Notes under the pieces: model-generated
Seen by the model: the letters and a program-made list of their open reading frames with translations, nothing else
What the model was told of the DNA's origin: nothing
Databases searched by the model: none
Translations under genes and position numbers: made by a program
Shown: one piece after another, positions 17,488 to 24,774 of the stretch
Numbering within the stretch: the first letter of the stretch is position 1
Layout: every line of letters begins with the position of its first letter
From: Clostridia bacterium
GTDB taxonomy: Bacteria > Bacillota > Clostridia > Oscillospirales > CAG-272
Assembly (NCBI GenBank): GCA_017411805.1
Contig: JAFQPI010000039.1
Span: 24,942 to 56,941, forward strand
Reading direction: 5' to 3'
DNA length: 32,000 nt

Positions 17488-19212
17488 ATGAAAAAATTAT
17501 GGAAGTACACAAAGGGATACAGGCGGCAGACCTTCGCCGCGCCCTTTATGAAGCTCGGAGAGGCTCTGCTTGAGCTTTTCGTTCCTCTGCTCGTTGCCGA
17601 GATCATCGACAAGGGTGTCGGAGAGGGCGGTGACAGCGCGCTTGTATGGCGTATGTGCGGACTTATGGTCCTCTGCGGAACCGTCGGAATGATAATCTCG
17701 CTGACCTCGCAGTATTTCTCCGCGCAAGCGGCTGTCGGATTTTCCTGCGCTCTGCGCCGAGATCTCTTCAAGCATACTCTTTATCTTCCCCGTGCGGAGT
17801 CGGATAAAGCGGGCGCATCAGCTCTGCTGACGAGACTTACAGCCGACGTTGACCGTCTGCAGAACGGCATCAACCTCGGTCTGCGTCTGCTCCTTCGCTC
17901 ACCATTCATCGTTTTCGGAGCGGTATTTATGGCTTACGTGACCGATCCCGAAATGTCGCTGATCTTCGCGCTTTCGGTGCCCGCGCTTGCGGTAGTCGTC
18001 TTCGCCATCATCCTTCTTGGCATTCCGATGTTTGCGAAGGTACAGTCGAAGCTCGACAGACTCACACGCCACACGCGCGATAACCTCCGCGGTGTCCGCG
18101 TTATCCGTGCGTTCAACCACGAAAACGAGCAGGTAGATTATTTTGACGAGGCAAACGACTCGCACGCGAAGGAGACCATTTTCGCGGGCAGAGTATCCTC
18201 GCTTCTCAATCCTCTGACCTACGTTATCGTCAATATTGCGATCATTATGATCGTCAAAAACGGCGGACTCGCCGTCGATTCGGGCAGACTTACGCAGGGT
18301 CAGATCATCGCGCTCTATAACTATATGTCGCAGATCCTCGTTGAGCTTGTCAAGCTTGCAAACCTCATCGTAACGCTGACCAAGGCGGGCGCATGCGCAA
18401 AGAGGATCACAAGCGTTCTCTCTATGCCGCTTGAGAGCGACGAGGAGCACGAGACGGTCGAGATCGACGAGACCGCGCCCGCCATCGAGTTTCGCTCGGC
18501 GTCCTTCCGCTACAGAGACAGCAAGGGCGATTCGCTGACAAATATCAGCTTCAAACTTGATGGCGGCAAGCGTCTCGGTGTCCTCGGCGGTACGGGCTCG
18601 GGTAAGACCACGCTCGTCGACCTTATCCCGAGATTCTATGACGTCACGGACGGCGAGGTCCTTATTTACGGCAAGAACGTCAAGGACTATCCCGTAATGG
18701 ATCTGCGCAAGCTGATCGCAGTTGTACCGCAGTCCTCGCATCTTTTTGCGGGTACTGTCGCTGAAAATATGCGTTGGGGCAACCCTGATGCGACGGATGA
18801 CGACATCCGTACCGCTCTCGATGCTGCGGGTGCGCTCGACTTCGTCCTCGCTAAAGAGGGCGGAATCGAGGCTCGCGTTGAGGCAAGAGGCGCAAACTTC
18901 TCGGGCGGTCAGAGACAGCGTCTTGCGATCGCGCGTGCGCTCGTCCGTAAGCCGAAGATCCTCATTCTCGACGATAGCTTCTCGGCTCTCGACTATGCGA
19001 CCGATCTTCGCGTCAGAACCAATATCGCAAGGCTCGAGAATTCTCCCGCAACCGTTATAATTTCGCAGAGGCCCTCTGCCGTAATGGACGCCGACTGTAT
19101 CGTTGTCCTCGATGACGGTGCATCCGCGGGCGTCGGTACTCACAGCGAGCTTATGGAAGACTGCGCCGTTTACCGCGAGACCTACGCAACACAGTACGGA
19201 GGTGAAAACTGA
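17488..19212 (+). CDS. ABC transporter permease/ATP-binding protein (type I exporter half-transporter)
   Basis: 574 aa. N-terminal 6-TM exporter domain. Walker A GGTGSGKTT, signature FSGGQRQR, Walker B ILILDD. Confidence 0.9.
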   Translation: MKKLWKYTKGYRRQTFAAPFMKLGEALLELFVPLLVAEIIDKGVGEGGDSALVWRMCGLMVLCGTVGMIISLTSQYFSAQAAVGFSCALRRDLFKHTLYLPRAESDKAGASALLTRLTADVDRLQNGINLGLRLLLRSPFIVFGAVFMAYVTDPEMSLIFALSVPALAVVVFAIILLGIPMFAKVQSKLDRLTRHTRDNLRGVRVIRAFNHENEQVDYFDEANDSHAKETIFAGRVSSLLNPLTYVIVNIAIIMIVKNGGLAVDSGRLTQGQIIALYNYMSQILVELVKLANLIVTLTKAGACAKRITSVLSMPLESDEEHETVEIDETAPAIEFRSASFRYRDSKGDSLTNISFKLDGGKRLGVLGGTGSGKTTLVDLIPRFYDVTDGEVLIYGKNVKDYPVMDLRKLIAVVPQSSHLFAGTVAENMRWGNPDATDDDIRTALDAAGALDFVLAKEGGIEARVEARGANFSGGQRQRLAIARALVRKPKILILDDSFSALDYATDLRVRTNIARLENSPATVIISQRPSAVMDADCIVVLDDGASAGVGTHSELMEDCAVYRETYATQYGGEN

Positions 19213-21002
19213 TGGCAAAGAATAAGAAAGCCTCCAAGCTTACAAAGTCGGAGCAGAAGTACGTCATCGGACGACTCCTCGGCTTTGCAAAGAGATTCAT
19301 ACCTCTTTTCGTGATCGCATTCATCTTCGCCGCGGCGTCCGCGCTGATGTCGCATTATATTCCCGTTCTCGTCGGCGACGGCATCGACCTTATCGTTGAT
19401 AAGGGTCAGGTCGACTTCGACGGGATCGCAAAGATCCTTCCCGTGATCCTCGCGCTGACTGTCGCGGGCGCGGTGCTCGATTGGTTCGTCAGACTCATCG
19501 CAACCCGTGCGGGTACGATGATCGTCCGCGATATCCGCGCCGAGGCTGTGCGCAAGCTGCAGAAGCTTCCTGTTTCATATTTTGACAGCCACGCTTCGGG
19601 CGATATCCTTTCGCGCATCATCGCTGATACAGACCGTCTTTCAGAAGGTCTGCTGACGGGACTTATTCAGCTCTATTCGAGCGTGCTCGGAATCGTAATC
19701 ACGCTTGTGTTTATGATCATCATCGACTGGAAGGTTGCGCTGATCGTTGCGGTGCTGACTCCTATGTCGATGTTCGTTGCGGGCTTTATCGCATCGAGGA
19801 CATTCTCGCTCTTCAAGAAGAGAACGGAGACCTCTGCCGAGCAGACGGCTCTGATCGATGAATCTGTCGGCGGACGCGACGTTATCACGGCGTTCTCGCA
19901 TCAGAAGGACAGTCTCGCGGCATTCGATGAGATCAACGACCGCTACCGCAAGGTAACGACCCGCGCAGTGTTCTATTCCTCGCTTACCAACCCCGCAACG
20001 AGATTTGTCAACAACCTCGTTTACTGCGGCGTTGCGCTCGTTTCGGCGCTGCTTTCGATCAGCTCGGGAAGCACGATCTCCGCGGGCGGTATCTCTTGTC
20101 TGCTGACCTACGCTTCGAACTACGCCAAGCCCTTCAACGAGCTTTCGGGCGTTGTTACAGAGCTTCAATCCTCGCTTGCAAGCGCGCTCCGCGTATTTCA
20201 GCTTCTCGATGCCGAGGAAATGACTCCCGACACGGAGGATGCCGCAGAGCTCAAGCCGGAGGAGCTTGCGGGTAAGCTCGAGGCACGTTCGCTCGCTTTC
20301 AGCTATACCGACAAGCCCTTTATGGAGAATATGAATTTTTGGGCAAAGCCGGGTCAGAGAATTGCCATAGTCGGTCCTACGGGATGCGGAAAGACAACGC
20401 TTGTCAATCTCTTTATGAGATTCTACGAGCCGACGGGCGGCAATATCGAGGTTGACGGCAAGGATATCTCGAAGGTCACACGCAAGAGCCTGCGTTCCTG
20501 CTTCGGAATGGTCCTTCAGGATACCTGGCTCTCGTCGGGCACTATCCGCGAGAATATTGCGATGGGACGCCCCGATGCTACCGACGAAGAGGTCGAAACG
20601 GCGGCAAGAGCGGCTCACGCACATTCCTTCATCAAGCGACTCCCTCAAGGATATGACACTCCCCTCGGCGAGGACGGCGGCAGACTCTCACAGGGACAAA
20701 AGCAGCTCCTTTGCATCGCCCGCGTAATGCTTTGCCTGCCCCCGATGCTCATTCTCGATGAGGCAACCTCCTCGATCGACCTTCGCACCGAGATCAAGAT
20801 CAATCGCGCATTTGCCAATCTTATGGAGGGCAGAACTTCATTCATCGTTGCCCACCGACTTAACACGATCAAGAATGCCGATTGCATCCTTGTTATGCGC
20901 GACGGTAAGATCGTCGAGCAGGGCAACCACGAAGAGCTTATGTCAAAGAACGGCTTCTACGCCGAACTCTATGGTGCACAGTTCAAGCACGTTGGTGCGT
21001 AA
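19212..21002 (+). CDS. ABC transporter permease/ATP-binding protein (partner half-transporter)
   Basis: 596 aa. TGATG stop/start overlap with the upstream gene. Walker A GPTGCGKTT, signature LSQGQKQL, Walker B LILDEATS. It probably forms a heterodimer with the upstream subunit. Confidence 0.9.
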   Translation: MAKNKKASKLTKSEQKYVIGRLLGFAKRFIPLFVIAFIFAAASALMSHYIPVLVGDGIDLIVDKGQVDFDGIAKILPVILALTVAGAVLDWFVRLIATRAGTMIVRDIRAEAVRKLQKLPVSYFDSHASGDILSRIIADTDRLSEGLLTGLIQLYSSVLGIVITLVFMIIIDWKVALIVAVLTPMSMFVAGFIASRTFSLFKKRTETSAEQTALIDESVGGRDVITAFSHQKDSLAAFDEINDRYRKVTTRAVFYSSLTNPATRFVNNLVYCGVALVSALLSISSGSTISAGGISCLLTYASNYAKPFNELSGVVTELQSSLASALRVFQLLDAEEMTPDTEDAAELKPEELAGKLEARSLAFSYTDKPFMENMNFWAKPGQRIAIVGPTGCGKTTLVNLFMRFYEPTGGNIEVDGKDISKVTRKSLRSCFGMVLQDTWLSSGTIRENIAMGRPDATDEEVETAARAAHAHSFIKRLPQGYDTPLGEDGGRLSQGQKQLLCIARVMLCLPPMLILDEATSSIDLRTEIKINRAFANLMEGRTSFIVAHRLNTIKNADCILVMRDGKIVEQGNHEELMSKNGFYAELYGAQFKHVGA

Positions 21003-21102
21003 ATATAAAATCAAGCAACCTCAAAAATGGGGTTGCTTGGTCATAAAATTTGATCACTAATGATTTTGAACAGAAAAATATACTTTTATTTGTAGGTTGT
21101 AC

Positions 21103-22122
21103 ATGAATAAGAAACTATTGGCAATATTTTATGCAATATTGGCAGCGGCATTATACGCAATAAACATACCGTTATCAAAGTTACTGTTAAATTATATTGA
21201 TCCGACGATGATGGCATCATATCTGTATTTGGGTGCGGGGATCGGGGTCGGTATCTTGTTTCTGATAACAAAAAACAAAGACAAAGAAGTGTACGAAAAG
21301 ATCACCAAAAAGGACTTGCCAAATGTTTTGGGTATGATCGTATTAGATATAGCGGCACCCATATTGCTTATGTTTGGGTTGCTTGACAGTGCATCCTCCA
21401 ACGCATCCTTGCTGAACAATTTTGAAATCGTCTGCACATCTCTTATTGCACTGTTGGTGTTCAAGGAAGCTATTTCCAAGAGGATGTGGTTTGCTATATC
21501 CCTCATTACAATGTCAAGCTTTTTTCTGTCATTTGAGGATATATCGGCTTTCAGATTCTCTTGGGGAGCAATACTCGTGTTATTGGCGACTCTTTGCTGG
21601 GGGCTTGAAAACAACTGCACAAAGAATCTGTCGAAGAAAAATACTTACCATATAGTATTTCTTAAAGGTATCTTTTCTGGACTTGGCTCATTGATCGTTG
21701 CGTTATGCATGAGAGAAAAGTTTGCAATGATAGAGTACTTTGCATTGGCTCTTCTGCTTGGTTTCGTAGCATACGGACTCAGTATATTCTTTTATATTAA
21801 GGCTCAGGGCATCATCGGAGCTTCCAAAACAAGCGCATATTATGCGGTAGCACCCTTTATCGGTACGTGTTTGTCTTTTGTGATTTTCATGGAAAGGCCG
21901 ACTTTAGCATATTTTCTCGGACTTGCCATAATGATCTTGGGAACTGTCATAGTGGTTATTGACACGTTGGCAAAGAAGCACAGTCATACGCATAAGCATA
22001 CCGTTACGCACAGACATAACGGCAGGACTCATTCTCATATGATCGAACACGAACATTTACACAGCCATTATCTGTCTGAACAAAAGCATCGACACCGTCA
22101 TAATAAAGCCGAGATGTGTTAG
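21103..22122 (+). CDS. DMT/EamA-family transporter with a C-terminal His-rich tail
   Basis: 339 aa from ATG 21103. About 10 predicted TM helices in two EamA-like halves. The last ~48 aa contain 15 His. The gene is clearly more AT-rich than its neighbours and uses TTA, ATA and AAA codons freely. Confidence 0.8.
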   Translation: MNKKLLAIFYAILAAALYAINIPLSKLLLNYIDPTMMASYLYLGAGIGVGILFLITKNKDKEVYEKITKKDLPNVLGMIVLDIAAPILLMFGLLDSASSNASLLNNFEIVCTSLIALLVFKEAISKRMWFAISLITMSSFFLSFEDISAFRFSWGAILVLLATLCWGLENNCTKNLSKKNTYHIVFLKGIFSGLGSLIVALCMREKFAMIEYFALALLLGFVAYGLSIFFYIKAQGIIGASKTSAYYAVAPFIGTCLSFVIFMERPTLAYFLGLAIMILGTVIVVIDTLAKKHSHTHKHTVTHRHNGRTHSHMIEHEHLHSHYLSEQKHRHRHNKAEMC

Positions 22123-22171
22123 AATCACCCGGGCTAAACAATAATAACGGTTCCCATTCGATTATATAAAT

Positions 22172-22298
22172 GAAATTTGCCTCGGGCAAATTTCTACCTT
22201 AACCTTTCGCTGAAAGCGAAAGATTTCACTCGCGCGAAGCGCGAATTTCATCTTGCTTCAGCAAGATTTCACATTTCGCCGGCGGCGAAATATTTCAC
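22172..22298. repeat. Array of five distinct perfect hairpins separated by an ATTTCAY linker
   Basis: Hairpins at 22172-22194 (10 bp), 22204-22222 (8 bp, GAA loop), 22230-22244 (6 bp, GAA loop), 22252-22265 (5 bp) and 22273-22291 (8 bp). Linkers are ATTTCAC 22223-22229, ATTTCAT 22245-22251, ATTTCAC 22266-22272 and ATTTCAC 22292-22298. Confidence 0.8.
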
Positions 22299-22308
22299 CG
22301 CGAAGCCC

Positions 22309-22416
22309 GACGGGATTCAGAACCTATATCTGCGCGCATAATTGGGTAATATAATAAAATGCGGATGTAGCGCGCAGATGATTGGTGTCGCGAGCGACAC
22401 CAAGAGGTTCTTCATC
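22309..22416. ncRNA. Candidate structured element, copy 1 (three-helix junction, outer helix partly degenerate)
   Basis: The first 34 nt, GACGGGATTCAGAACCTATATCTGCGCGCATAAT, are identical to copy 2. P2 is ATCTGCGCGC/GCGCGCAGAT (22328-22337 with 22370-22379). P3 hairpin is 22382-22403. P1 is AGAACC/GGTTCT plus 3 more bp beyond a 2x2 internal loop. Strand and expression are unknown. Confidence 0.5.
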
Positions 22417-22422
22417 AAGAAG

Positions 22423-22531
22423 GACGGGATTCAGAACCTATATCTGCGCGCATAATATGTGCGAAACTGACGTGCGGTGATAGCGCGCAGATTTTAGGTG
22501 TTGCGGAGCAACACCTAGAGGTTCTGAATCC
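22423..22531. ncRNA. Candidate structured element, copy 2 (three-helix junction, intact)
   Basis: P1 is 12 bp, GGATTCAGAACC (22427-22438) with GGTTCTGAATCC (22520-22531). P2 is 10 bp (22442-22451 with 22483-22492). P3 is 10 bp (22495-22504 with 22508-22517). Junctions are 2-3 nt. Strand and expression are unknown. Confidence 0.5.
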
Positions 22532-22541
22532 ATACAGATCT

Positions 22542-22581
22542 AAAAAGATAAGAGGTAGCCGAAGGCTACCTCTTATCTTTT
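22542..22581. terminator. Strong bidirectional intrinsic terminator abutting the tRNA-Thr 3' end
   Basis: 15-bp perfect stem AGATAAGAGGTAGCC-GAA-GGCTACCTCTTATCT (22546-22578), flanked by AAAA(A) and TTT(T). Confidence 0.85.
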
Positions 22582-22657
22582 TGGAGCTGGTGACGGGATT
22601 CGAACCTGCGACCTGCTGATTACGAATCAGCTGCACTACCGGCTGTGCTACACCAGC
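22582..22657 (-). tRNA. tRNA-Thr (anticodon CGU), CCA encoded
   Basis: 76-nt cloverleaf on the minus strand. Acceptor GCTGGTG/CACCAGC, D-arm GCAC/GTGC, anticodon stem GCTGA/TCAGC with loop TTCGTAA, T-loop TTCGAAT, discriminator U, then CCA. The T-stem GCAGG/CCCGT has one G-U pair and one A-C mismatch. Confidence 0.9.
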
Positions 22658-22666
22658 GACTTTATT

Positions 22667-22695
22667 ATTATATCACATATGTATAAATTTTTCAA
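22667..22695 (-). promoter_or_regulatory. Sigma-A promoter for tRNA-Thr
   Basis: Minus strand: TTGAAA (22690-22695), 17 nt, gTGaTATAAT (TATAAT at 22667-22672), about 10 nt upstream of the tRNA 5' end. An A-rich tract on the minus strand (22697-22745) lies upstream and could act as an UP element. Confidence 0.7.
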
Positions 22696-22745
22696 GTCTT
22701 TTTTTGAATTTTTATTTTTTTTCTTTTCTTTTTACGGTTTTTTTC

Positions 22746-22774
22746 TTGACTATTTACAAAATATATAGTATCAT
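22746..22774 (+). promoter_or_regulatory. Sigma-A type promoter for the metallophosphoesterase/rsmA operon
   Basis: TTGACT (22746-22751), 17 nt, TATCAT (22769-22774). Confidence 0.55.
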
Positions 22775-22817
22775 ATATTATGAATAACTAATTTCTATCC
22801 ACACACGGAGAATATAA

Positions 22818-23576
22818 ATGAAAATTGGATTTTTTTCCGACCTTCATTGCGGAAGGGAAGAAATTACAAACAACAACCGTTATCCCTCGCGTTCACTCGG
22901 AAAGCTGCAAAAGCTTCTTCTTGATTTTGAAAATATCGGCGTTGATCTCGCGATCTGCCTCGGTGACGTTATAAACGGAAGCGTCAGCCGCGCGGACGAT
23001 ATCGAGCATCTTTCGCGAGTGGCTAAGGTCATCCGCGACAGCTCGGTGCCCGTTCTCGTTATGCAGGGCAATCACGATTTCAAGAATCTTGACGACGATA
23101 CCTTCTATCGCATCTCGGATTTTGTCCGCCCGCCCTTCGTTTGCCGCGCGGATGAGGTGAATCTCATCTTCCTCGATGCCAATTATTGCTCGGACGGCAC
23201 CCGCTACGGCAGCGGCGTCAAGTATAATTGGAAGGATACATATATCCCCGCCGACCAGATCGAGGCTCTGCGCGAGGTCTTTCTGAACGCTCCCGAGGGC
23301 AGCCGCTTCTGGGTGCTTTGCCACCAATGCCTTGATATCGGTGTTGAGGAGAGACATATCGTAAACAATGCCGACGAGGTCCTTTCAGTCATCGGAAACG
23401 AGGGACGCGGAATGGTCGAGTTCGTAATCTGCGGACATTACCATCCGGGTGGCTACAGCATCGATATCGGTACCGAATTCGTAACACTCCCCGCCGTTTG
23501 CACGGGCAAGGAATTCAATCCCGGTACGGCACTCATACTCGATACAGCACATAAACCGAATAAGGGGTTAATATGA
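22818..23576 (+). CDS. Metallophosphoesterase (calcineurin-like)
   Basis: 252 aa. Motifs SDLHCG, GDVING, QGNHD and GHYH. RBS GGAG. Confidence 0.85.
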   Translation: MKIGFFSDLHCGREEITNNNRYPSRSLGKLQKLLLDFENIGVDLAICLGDVINGSVSRADDIEHLSRVAKVIRDSSVPVLVMQGNHDFKNLDDDTFYRISDFVRPPFVCRADEVNLIFLDANYCSDGTRYGSGVKYNWKDTYIPADQIEALREVFLNAPEGSRFWVLCHQCLDIGVEERHIVNNADEVLSVIGNEGRGMVEFVICGHYHPGGYSIDIGTEFVTLPAVCTGKEFNPGTALILDTAHKPNKGLI

Positions 23577-24442
23577 ATCTTTGTGATATCAGAACAATAA
23601 AAGATACAATGGCAATGTTCGGTCTGACCTTCCGCAAGGAATTCGGACAGAACTTCCTGACCGACCGCGAGGTCGTTGCCGAGATCGCAGAATCCTGCGG
23701 CGGACCCAATACCAAGACCGTCCTCGAGATCGGCGCGGGATGCGGCTCGCTGACACACGAGCTTGCTCTTATCTACGAAAACGTCGTAGCTCTCGAGATC
23801 GACCGCGGACTCATCCCGCTTCTCAAATACACGCTCGGCGAACACAGAAATATCAAGGTCATCAACGCAGACGTAATGAAGACCGATATTCCCGAGCTCC
23901 TCGGAGACGCATTCGAGAAGGGCGGCGTTTCGGTCTGTGCAAATCTGCCCTATTATATCACGACTCCGATCCTCCTTGAGCTTCTCGATTCGCGTCTGCC
24001 CTTCGACAGCATCACGGTCATGATCCAGTCCGAGGTCGCCGACAGACTCTGCGCGCTTCCCGGCACTCCGAATTACGGCTCTGTTACGGCGTATCTCAAT
24101 TATTTCGGAACCTGCCGTAAGCTTATGAAGGTTCCCGCGGGCAAGTTCCTGCCTCCCCCCAAGGTCGATTCTGCCGTTGTACGCATTGATCTTTACCGCG
24201 ACCGTCCCTGCAAGCCCACGGACGAGAAGATATTCTTCCGCACGATGCGCGCGGCTTTCGAGCAGAGAAGAAAGACTCTTCCAAACGCGCTTTCCGCGGG
24301 CTTCGGCGAGATCTCCAAGGCTGAGATCACCGACGCGATCCTTTCCTGCGGATTTGATGCAAATATCCGCGGCGAGAGACTGTCGGTCTCCGAATTCTGC
24401 ACTCTTTCGGACAAGCTTTATGAGCTTATCAAAAGCAAATGA
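23573..24442 (+). CDS. rsmA: 16S rRNA (adenine1518-N6/adenine1519-N6)-dimethyltransferase
   Basis: 289 aa. FGQNFL and the SAM-binding EIGAGCGSLT motif, NLPYYITTPIL. ATGA overlap with the upstream gene. Confidence 0.92.
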   Translation: MNLCDIRTIKDTMAMFGLTFRKEFGQNFLTDREVVAEIAESCGGPNTKTVLEIGAGCGSLTHELALIYENVVALEIDRGLIPLLKYTLGEHRNIKVINADVMKTDIPELLGDAFEKGGVSVCANLPYYITTPILLELLDSRLPFDSITVMIQSEVADRLCALPGTPNYGSVTAYLNYFGTCRKLMKVPAGKFLPPPKVDSAVVRIDLYRDRPCKPTDEKIFFRTMRAAFEQRRKTLPNALSAGFGEISKAEITDAILSCGFDANIRGERLSVSEFCTLSDKLYELIKSK

Positions 24443-24455
24443 TTTATGGTGAAAT

Positions 24456-24773
24456 ATGAATAAGACAGAATTTCAAAGAAGTGAAAACCTTTCCTTCGAG
24501 ATAGATGAGACTCTGCAAAGGCGCAAGCCGAAGAATAATAAAGGCTTGGCGGTAGTTATCATACTGCGCTCGCTTATCTCGGTGGTTTTATCCTTGGTGT
24601 TGGCTTTTTCTTTGCTGTGGACGTATGCTTATACGATCCTGCGCGGCCCCAGCGAAGATATGAAGGAACGATTCGTTCTTGCCGCTTGTGAAAAGCCTTA
24701 TACCGAATGGATCCCGCATCTTGTATTGCCATCCGATGAGATCGAGGCAATCAGGGAAAGGCAGGGTGATTGA
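24456..24773 (+). CDS. Small hypothetical membrane protein
   Basis: 105 aa with one central TM helix (LAVVIILRSLISVVLSLVLAFSLLW). RBS GGTGA. Tightly coupled to the next ORF. Confidence 0.55.
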   Translation: MNKTEFQRSENLSFEIDETLQRRKPKNNKGLAVVIILRSLISVVLSLVLAFSLLWTYAYTILRGPSEDMKERFVLAACEKPYTEWIPHLVLPSDEIEAIRERQGD

Positions 24774-24774
24774 T

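Noticed and set aside
21012-21039. Hairpin CAAGCAACC...GGTTGCTTG after the ABC operon, considered as an intrinsic terminator.
   Set aside because: The stem is plausible at 9-11 bp, but no U-tract follows. It may still be a weak terminator or the island boundary, so I did not list it as a feature.
22358-22455. Small ORFs inside the repeat elements, such as ATG 22378 encoding 25 aa.
   Set aside because: They have no RBS, lie inside strongly paired helices, and are not conserved between the two copies.
22172-22531. CRISPR array or type III toxin-antitoxin (ToxI-like) RNA repeat array.
   Set aside because: The hairpin units are not identical repeats separated by unique spacers. The two long units are 114 nt apart and share most of their sequence. 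No cas gene or ToxN/AbiE-type toxin gene is adjacent.
22309-22531. A known three-way-junction RNA such as hammerhead, purine or TPP riboswitches, Y RNA, or a degenerate tRNA.
   Set aside because: The junction strands are only 2-3 nt and lack the CUGAUGA/GAAA hammerhead core and the purine or TPP conserved nucleotides. The tRNA-like similarity covers only about 17-27 nt and the fold is not a cloverleaf. No Rsr/Ro gene is nearby. This was judged by eye and needs confirmation with cmscan.
22415-22636. 73-aa minus-strand ORF across the repeat region and the tRNA.
   Set aside because: It overlaps the tRNA-Thr gene and its terminator, has no RBS, and reads through structured repeats.
24679-24774. 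Upstream extension of the 404-aa membrane protein that overlaps the 105-aa ORF.
   Set aside because: The extension overlaps the preceding gene out of frame. ATG 24775, directly after the upstream stop, gives a typical basic N-terminus followed by a TM anchor.
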